A stretch of 64,000 nucleotides of DNA from Candidatus Hydrogenedentota bacterium (GTDB lineage: Bacteria; Hydrogenedentota; Hydrogenedentia; Hydrogenedentales; SLHB01): contig CAXXTH010000022.1 of NCBI GenBank assembly GCA_963668025.2, forward strand, positions 96,001-160,000, read 5' to 3'. The translations under genes were made by a program, and so were the position numbers. The notes under the pieces were generated by a model, which saw only the letters and a program-made list of their open reading frames with translations, was not told where the DNA came from and searched no databases. Positions 59,860-64,000 of the stretch are shown here, piece by piece; the first letter of the stretch is position 1, and every line of letters begins with the position of its first letter.

Positions 59860-61048
59860 ATGGTCCTAACGCAAGAACAGCGGGAATGGCTTTCCCTCAC
59901 GCTCGTACCAGGCGTGGGGTCGGCGGCGTTTATCCGGCTGCTGGCCCGGTTTCACACGCCGGGGCAGGTGCTGCAAGCGCCATATGAGCAGCTTCGCGAG
60001 ATGGTGGGCAAGGAATTAGCCCAGCGCATCGCGCAATACACGGACGTGGTGGATATCGAGGGACAGGAACGCGCCATGGCCCGTTGCGGGCGCGAAGCTT
60101 ATCACGCTTGAAGACCCTGCCTATCCCTTGCGCCTTGCGGAGATCTATGATCCGCCGTTGGCGTTGTTCATGCGGGGCGATTTGCGGGACGAGGATGCGT
60201 GGTGCGTGTGCATCGTCGGCACGCGGCAAGCCACGCCGTATGGCCTGCACGCGGCGGAGAAATTTGGCCGCGAACTGGCGGCTCGGGGCATCACCGTGGT
60301 GAGTGGCATGGCGATGGGCATCGACACGGCGGCCCATCGCGGGGCCATCAGCGCGGGCGGGCGCACCATCGCAATCCTGGGCTGCGGCGTGGACGTGGTG
60401 TATCCCTCTCGCAACCGCGAATTGATGGAAGACATCATCCGGCACGGATGCGTGCTGTCGCAGTTCGCCATGGGCATGCAACCATCGAAAGGGCATTTTC
60501 CGTACCGGAACCGCATCATCAGCGGGATGAGCATGGGCACGCTCGTGGTCGAAGCGCCCGAGCGAAGCGGGGCGTTGATCACGGCCAAGCAGGCGGCGGA
60601 ACAGGGCCGCGAGGTATTCGCCGTGCCTGGCTCGATAGGCTCGGAATGCAGCGCTGGGCCGCACCGGCTCATCCAGGAAGGTGCAAAACTGGTCCAGTGC
60701 GTGGATGATATCTTGATGGATCTGGAACTTCCCGGCGTACACGTGGCGGCAGTGCGCCTCCCCGAACCAACAACATCCGCAGAACCGGCGGTGCGTCCAG
60801 CGCTGCGTATAACAGAACCTCAACCGCTCACCCCGCCTGTGATGGCTCCGGCTGCCCCTCCCAATCCTCCGGCGTTATCACCCGAGGAAAAGGGCGTGCT
60901 GTCCGTATTGGCATCGGAAGGGTCTTACGTGGACGAGATCGCCATGGCGTGCCGGGTGTCCATATCTGAAGCCTTGAGCGCTCTTACGATGCTCGAGATG
61001 AAGGGCCTTGTGCGTCAATACAGCGGCAAACGCTTCGCGCCGAAATGA
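59860..61048 (+). pseudogene. dprA: DNA processing protein DprA split by a +1 frameshift at about 60088-60090 (real or sequencing error)
   Basis: N-terminal L.LVPGVG...F.RLL..F; after the shift CGAKLITLEDPAYP.RL.EIYDPP, IVGTR, VSGMAMGID..AH, FP.RNRIISG, SGALITA..A.EQGREVFAVPG, C-terminal winged helix. Confidence 0.88.
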
Positions 61049-62062
61049 ATGCACGGCATGCGAGCTAAATTCCACGAGATCGCTGAAAAGGTCCGCCGGG
61101 GCGAACCGCTCCCTTGGGCATGGGCGGCGGTATTGTCGGCGGCGGTTCCGGTGGTGCGCTTGGGCATGTGGCGGCGGCTGCGCCAGCCACGAGAGCGCGT
61201 CGAAGCGCGGGTCATCAGTTTTGGCAACATCACGGCGGGCGGCACGGGCAAAACACCCGCCGTCATCGAGCGGGCGCGGGCGGAACTCAATGCCGGGCAT
61301 CACGTGGCCGTATTGACGCGTGGTTATGGCAGCCGAGGAGGCGGCCAGCCGGAACTGCTCATGCCGGGTAAACAACCCAATGGCGCGCATCCCTGGCTAG
61401 GCGACGAACCGGCATTGATAGCCCGGCGCGCGCCGGGGGTGGTGGTCGTGCGGTGCCGCGACCGCGTGGCGGGCGCATGGGCGGCCATCGAGCAGACGGG
61501 ATGCGATACGCTCATTTTAGACGATGGCTTCCAGTATGTGCGGCTCGAACGGGATGAAAACATTGTATTGATCGACGCTACGAATCCTTTCGGCAATGGT
61601 TGCCTGCTGCCACGTGGCATTATGCGAGAACCGCTTGAAGCCTTGGCGCGCGCCACTCAATTTATCCTGACGCGGTGCGACCAAGCGCGGGATCTGGCCG
61701 AGTTAAAGGCGCAACTCGCTGTATGGTGTCCGTATGCCCCCATACGCTGTACGCGGCATGCGCCCACGGAATTGTGGAGAGTATCCGATGGCGCGCACAT
61801 GCCTGCGGCGGAATTGAGGGAGCGGCAAGTATCCGCGTGTTGCGCTATCGGCAATCCGGATGCTTTTTTCCACACGTTGGAGGATTTGGGTGCGCGATTG
61901 GAAACCAAGCTGGCGTTCCCCGATCATGGCGTAATCCCTATCGAAGGCATCCCCACAAAAACCTTGGTTATCACCACGGAAAAGGACGCCATGCGCATGA
62001 GCAACCCGCCAGATAATGTATGGGCGCTGGGGATTGAATTGCAGGACTTGGAGGAAGAATAG
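61049..62062 (+). CDS. lpxK: tetraacyldisaccharide 4'-kinase
   Basis: GNITAGGTGKTP, TRGYG, GDEP, LDDGFQ, LLPRG.MREP, FPDH, TTEKDA. Confidence 0.93.
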   Translation: MHGMRAKFHEIAEKVRRGEPLPWAWAAVLSAAVPVVRLGMWRRLRQPRERVEARVISFGNITAGGTGKTPAVIERARAELNAGHHVAVLTRGYGSRGGGQPELLMPGKQPNGAHPWLGDEPALIARRAPGVVVVRCRDRVAGAWAAIEQTGCDTLILDDGFQYVRLERDENIVLIDATNPFGNGCLLPRGIMREPLEALARATQFILTRCDQARDLAELKAQLAVWCPYAPIRCTRHAPTELWRVSDGAHMPAAELRERQVSACCAIGNPDAFFHTLEDLGARLETKLAFPDHGVIPIEGIPTKTLVITTEKDAMRMSNPPDNVWALGIELQDLEEE

Positions 62063-62166
62063 CTTGGCCACAAGAAGCGCAAAAGACACAAGATAGCTTT
62101 TGCGTTACTTTTGCTTTTTAAGGCTATTCCTGTTTGATGACTCCCCATCTCTGATATACTTCCCGC

Positions 62167-62886
62167 ATGGAACAGCCTACATTTTCTATCGTGATTCCCG
62201 CGTATGACGAGGAGCAATTTTTGCCCGCGTGCCTGGACGCCATCGAACGGGCGCAACAGCAACTGGGCGAAGCGGTCGAGGTCATCGTCGTCGATAATGC
62301 CAGCCGCGACCGGACCGCCGCCGTCGCTATCGAGCGCGGGGCCAAGGTGGTGTTGGACGAACGAAAATGCTTATCAGCCATCCGAAATGCCGGAGCGGCC
62401 CAGGCCACGGGAAAATATCTTGCGTTCATCGACGCGGACAGCATCATGTCGGACAACATGCTGGCCGAGATCAAACGCATAATGGATTCCGGGCGGTACG
62501 TGGGCGGCGGCGTATCGCGGGTGTGGAGCGACCGTGTTTCGCTGGGCATCCTGTGCAGCGTGATTGTTTTTTCGCCGGTGCTCTTGTGGTATGGCGTCGC
62601 GGCCGTCATGTTTTATACGACCCCAGAAGCCTTTCGAGCCATTGGCGGATTTAATGAAAATTTGTATGCAGCGGAAGACCTCGATTTCGGCGTACGCTTG
62701 AAGCTGCTGGGCAAAACGCGGGGCCAGCGGTATAAAGGCATATGGCGCGCCTGGGTGACGACTTCGGCGCGCAAGTTTGATGAATTCGGCGATTGGTTCT
62801 TGTTCCGCCGCATACGGATGGTGCTGCGCATCATACGGAATGACCGGGAAAGCGCGAACGAGTATTGGTACCGTCCAAGGCGGTAG
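62167..62886 (+). CDS. glycosyltransferase family 2
   Basis: SIVIPAYDEE, VVDNAS.D.T, FIDADS, IGGF.E...AAED, TSARK. Confidence 0.9.
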   Translation: MEQPTFSIVIPAYDEEQFLPACLDAIERAQQQLGEAVEVIVVDNASRDRTAAVAIERGAKVVLDERKCLSAIRNAGAAQATGKYLAFIDADSIMSDNMLAEIKRIMDSGRYVGGGVSRVWSDRVSLGILCSVIVFSPVLLWYGVAAVMFYTTPEAFRAIGGFNENLYAAEDLDFGVRLKLLGKTRGQRYKGIWRAWVTTSARKFDEFGDWFLFRRIRMVLRIIRNDRESANEYWYRPRR

Positions 62887-62906
62887 AGCTTTTGAAAGGA
62901 ATGCAC

Positions 62907-63218
62907 ATGATCTACGTTATCGCTACGATTCAAGTGAAACCTGGGCAGCGGGACGATTTCCTCGCCATATTCAACCGCAACGTGCCGAATGTGCTGGCGG
63001 AGGACGGTTGTATTGCCTATGGCCCGGCGGTGGATGTGGCATCGGGCTTGGCCGTCCAACCGCCGCTTCGAGAAAACACAGCAGTAATCATGGAGCAGTG
63101 GGAAAGCACCGCGCATCTGCGCGCCCATTTGAAGACGCCGCACATGGCGGCGTACCGGGAAGAAGTGAAGGATATGGTCGAGAGCACGATGGTGCAGGTG
63201 CTCGAGCCTAAGGCTTAG
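62907..63218 (+). CDS. antibiotic biosynthesis monooxygenase (ABM) family, putative quinol monooxygenase
   Basis: MIYVIATI.VKPG.R..F, E.GC..Y, E.WES..HL.AH..TPHM; start could also be 62901. Confidence 0.85.
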   Translation: MIYVIATIQVKPGQRDDFLAIFNRNVPNVLAEDGCIAYGPAVDVASGLAVQPPLRENTAVIMEQWESTAHLRAHLKTPHMAAYREEVKDMVESTMVQVLEPKA

Positions 63219-63231
63219 GGGGGAGCGGCCG

Positions 63232-63272
63232 GATCAGCCGGATCAGTCAGATCTGCCGGATCGTCCTAGATC
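63232..63272. repeat. 9-nt periodic GATC micro-array
   Basis: GATCAGCCG GATCAGTCA GATCTGCCG GATCGTCCTA GATC. Confidence 0.65.
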
Positions 63273-63335
63273 ATTTTTGCATAATCTGTTATACTAAAGC
63301 AGGTTCAAGGAGAAAACCATGGGGAGCATGCAGCC

Positions 63336-64000
63336 ATGGGTGAAGAAAAAAAGAAGCGTGGATTGCGATGGCTGGAATTCGGAGCGGTAATTGTATTCAT
63401 AATAGTACTTTTCATAGTTGGGCTGCCTGCCTTTAGTAAGTTCAGTGAATATAGCAGCCGTTCGTCGTGCCAGAACAATCTCAAGCAATGGGGCGCGATT
63501 TTCGACATATACGCCAATGAAAACCAAGGACTGTTTCCTCCCCCTATCCGTCATCAAATACTAGGCCAGCGCATGCTGCGCGGATTCGCGGCGGAAACGC
63601 TCTATCCCAATTATTGGACTCGGCTGGATTACGCCATTTGCCCTTCTTCTTCCCGTGGAAAAAGCTACCTAGAACCTCCGATTGATGCGCTTGCGACCGA
63701 TGGTGCGGGCGAAGTATGCCGTTCGGCGCTATTATCGCGGCCCATTTCCTATGTGTATTCGGCATACGCCGCCACTACCACGCCAGATTTCGCAGAATGT
63801 ACACTATTACACGCGGAACAACAGAAACAGCTTTGGGACGCGGAGCCGCAGTCTTACAGGATCTGGCGCGCGGGCGAATTGGCGGCGGCAGGATGTCTTG
63901 CCTGGAAACGCAAGGAAACTGCATCTCCGCCCTATGAAAGCGAGGGGGTGACATATGGCCCCTACGAGCCAGAAACGCTGGAAGGCCAGAGTTCGAAGTA
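63336..64000 (+). CDS. divergent DUF1559 pilin-like protein, 3'-truncated (absent from the ORF track)
   Basis: Manual translation: MGEEKKKRG|LRWLEFGAVIVFIIVLFIVGLP...SSCQNNLKQWG.IF..YANEN.G.FP...LYPNYW...AICPS...CR..LLSRPISYVY; open to the window end. Confidence 0.85.
   Translation, partial: MGEEKKKRGLRWLEFGAVIVFIIVLFIVGLPAFSKFSEYSSRSSCQNNLKQWGAIFDIYANENQGLFPPPIRHQILGQRMLRGFAAETLYPNYWTRLDYAICPSSSRGKSYLEPPIDALATDGAGEVCRSALLSRPISYVYSAYAATTTPDFAECTLLHAEQQKQLWDAEPQSYRIWRAGELAAAGCLAWKRKETASPPYESEGVTYGPYEPETLEGQSSK

Noticed and set aside
59930-60823. Long antisense ORF (297 aa) and similar shadow ORFs, e.g. 47819-48622, 14286-15056, 41623-42246
   Set aside because: They overlap well-supported genes on the opposite strand, carry no motifs and are expected in GC-rich coding DNA.
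1-64000. CRISPR array, cas genes, rRNA or tRNA
   Set aside because: No run of equal-length repeats with unique spacers and no recognisable cas, rRNA or cloverleaf sequence; the repeats found are isolated hairpins or 2-5 unit micro-arrays.

Overview
Bacterial chromosomal window from a diderm (lpxK present) with PVC-like gene content. The DUF1559 subtype and the C-terminal sorting tail resemble Candidatus Hydrogenedentes; this is an inference, not checked. About 1-37 kb is mostly carbohydrate utilisation: a LacI regulator, a sugar ABC transporter, several glycoside-hydrolase-like proteins, a sulfatase, an epimerase, isomerases and a kinase. Two of these loci are built around pilin-like DUF1559 (prepilin N-methylation plus H-X9-DG-type C-terminus) genes, and no TonB-dependent receptor is present. 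About 37-64 kb holds a reductase/CoA-transferase/thiolase operon, signalling genes, a DPSL-type ferritin, recQ, a beta-CASP nuclease, an IS3 remnant, an ECF sigma pair, a split dprA and lpxK. The top finding is a single ORF (53214-54704, minus strand) fusing an ECF-sigma-like region, an anti-sigma-like region and a non-cleavable DUF1559 pilin-like domain. With the three other DUF1559 genes it suggests a pilin-based glycan capture system with its own membrane-spanning signalling module. Intergenic DNA carries several REP-like families and 9-10 nt periodic micro-arrays. No rRNA, tRNA or CRISPR array was seen. All family calls come from motif recognition by eye, without database searches.
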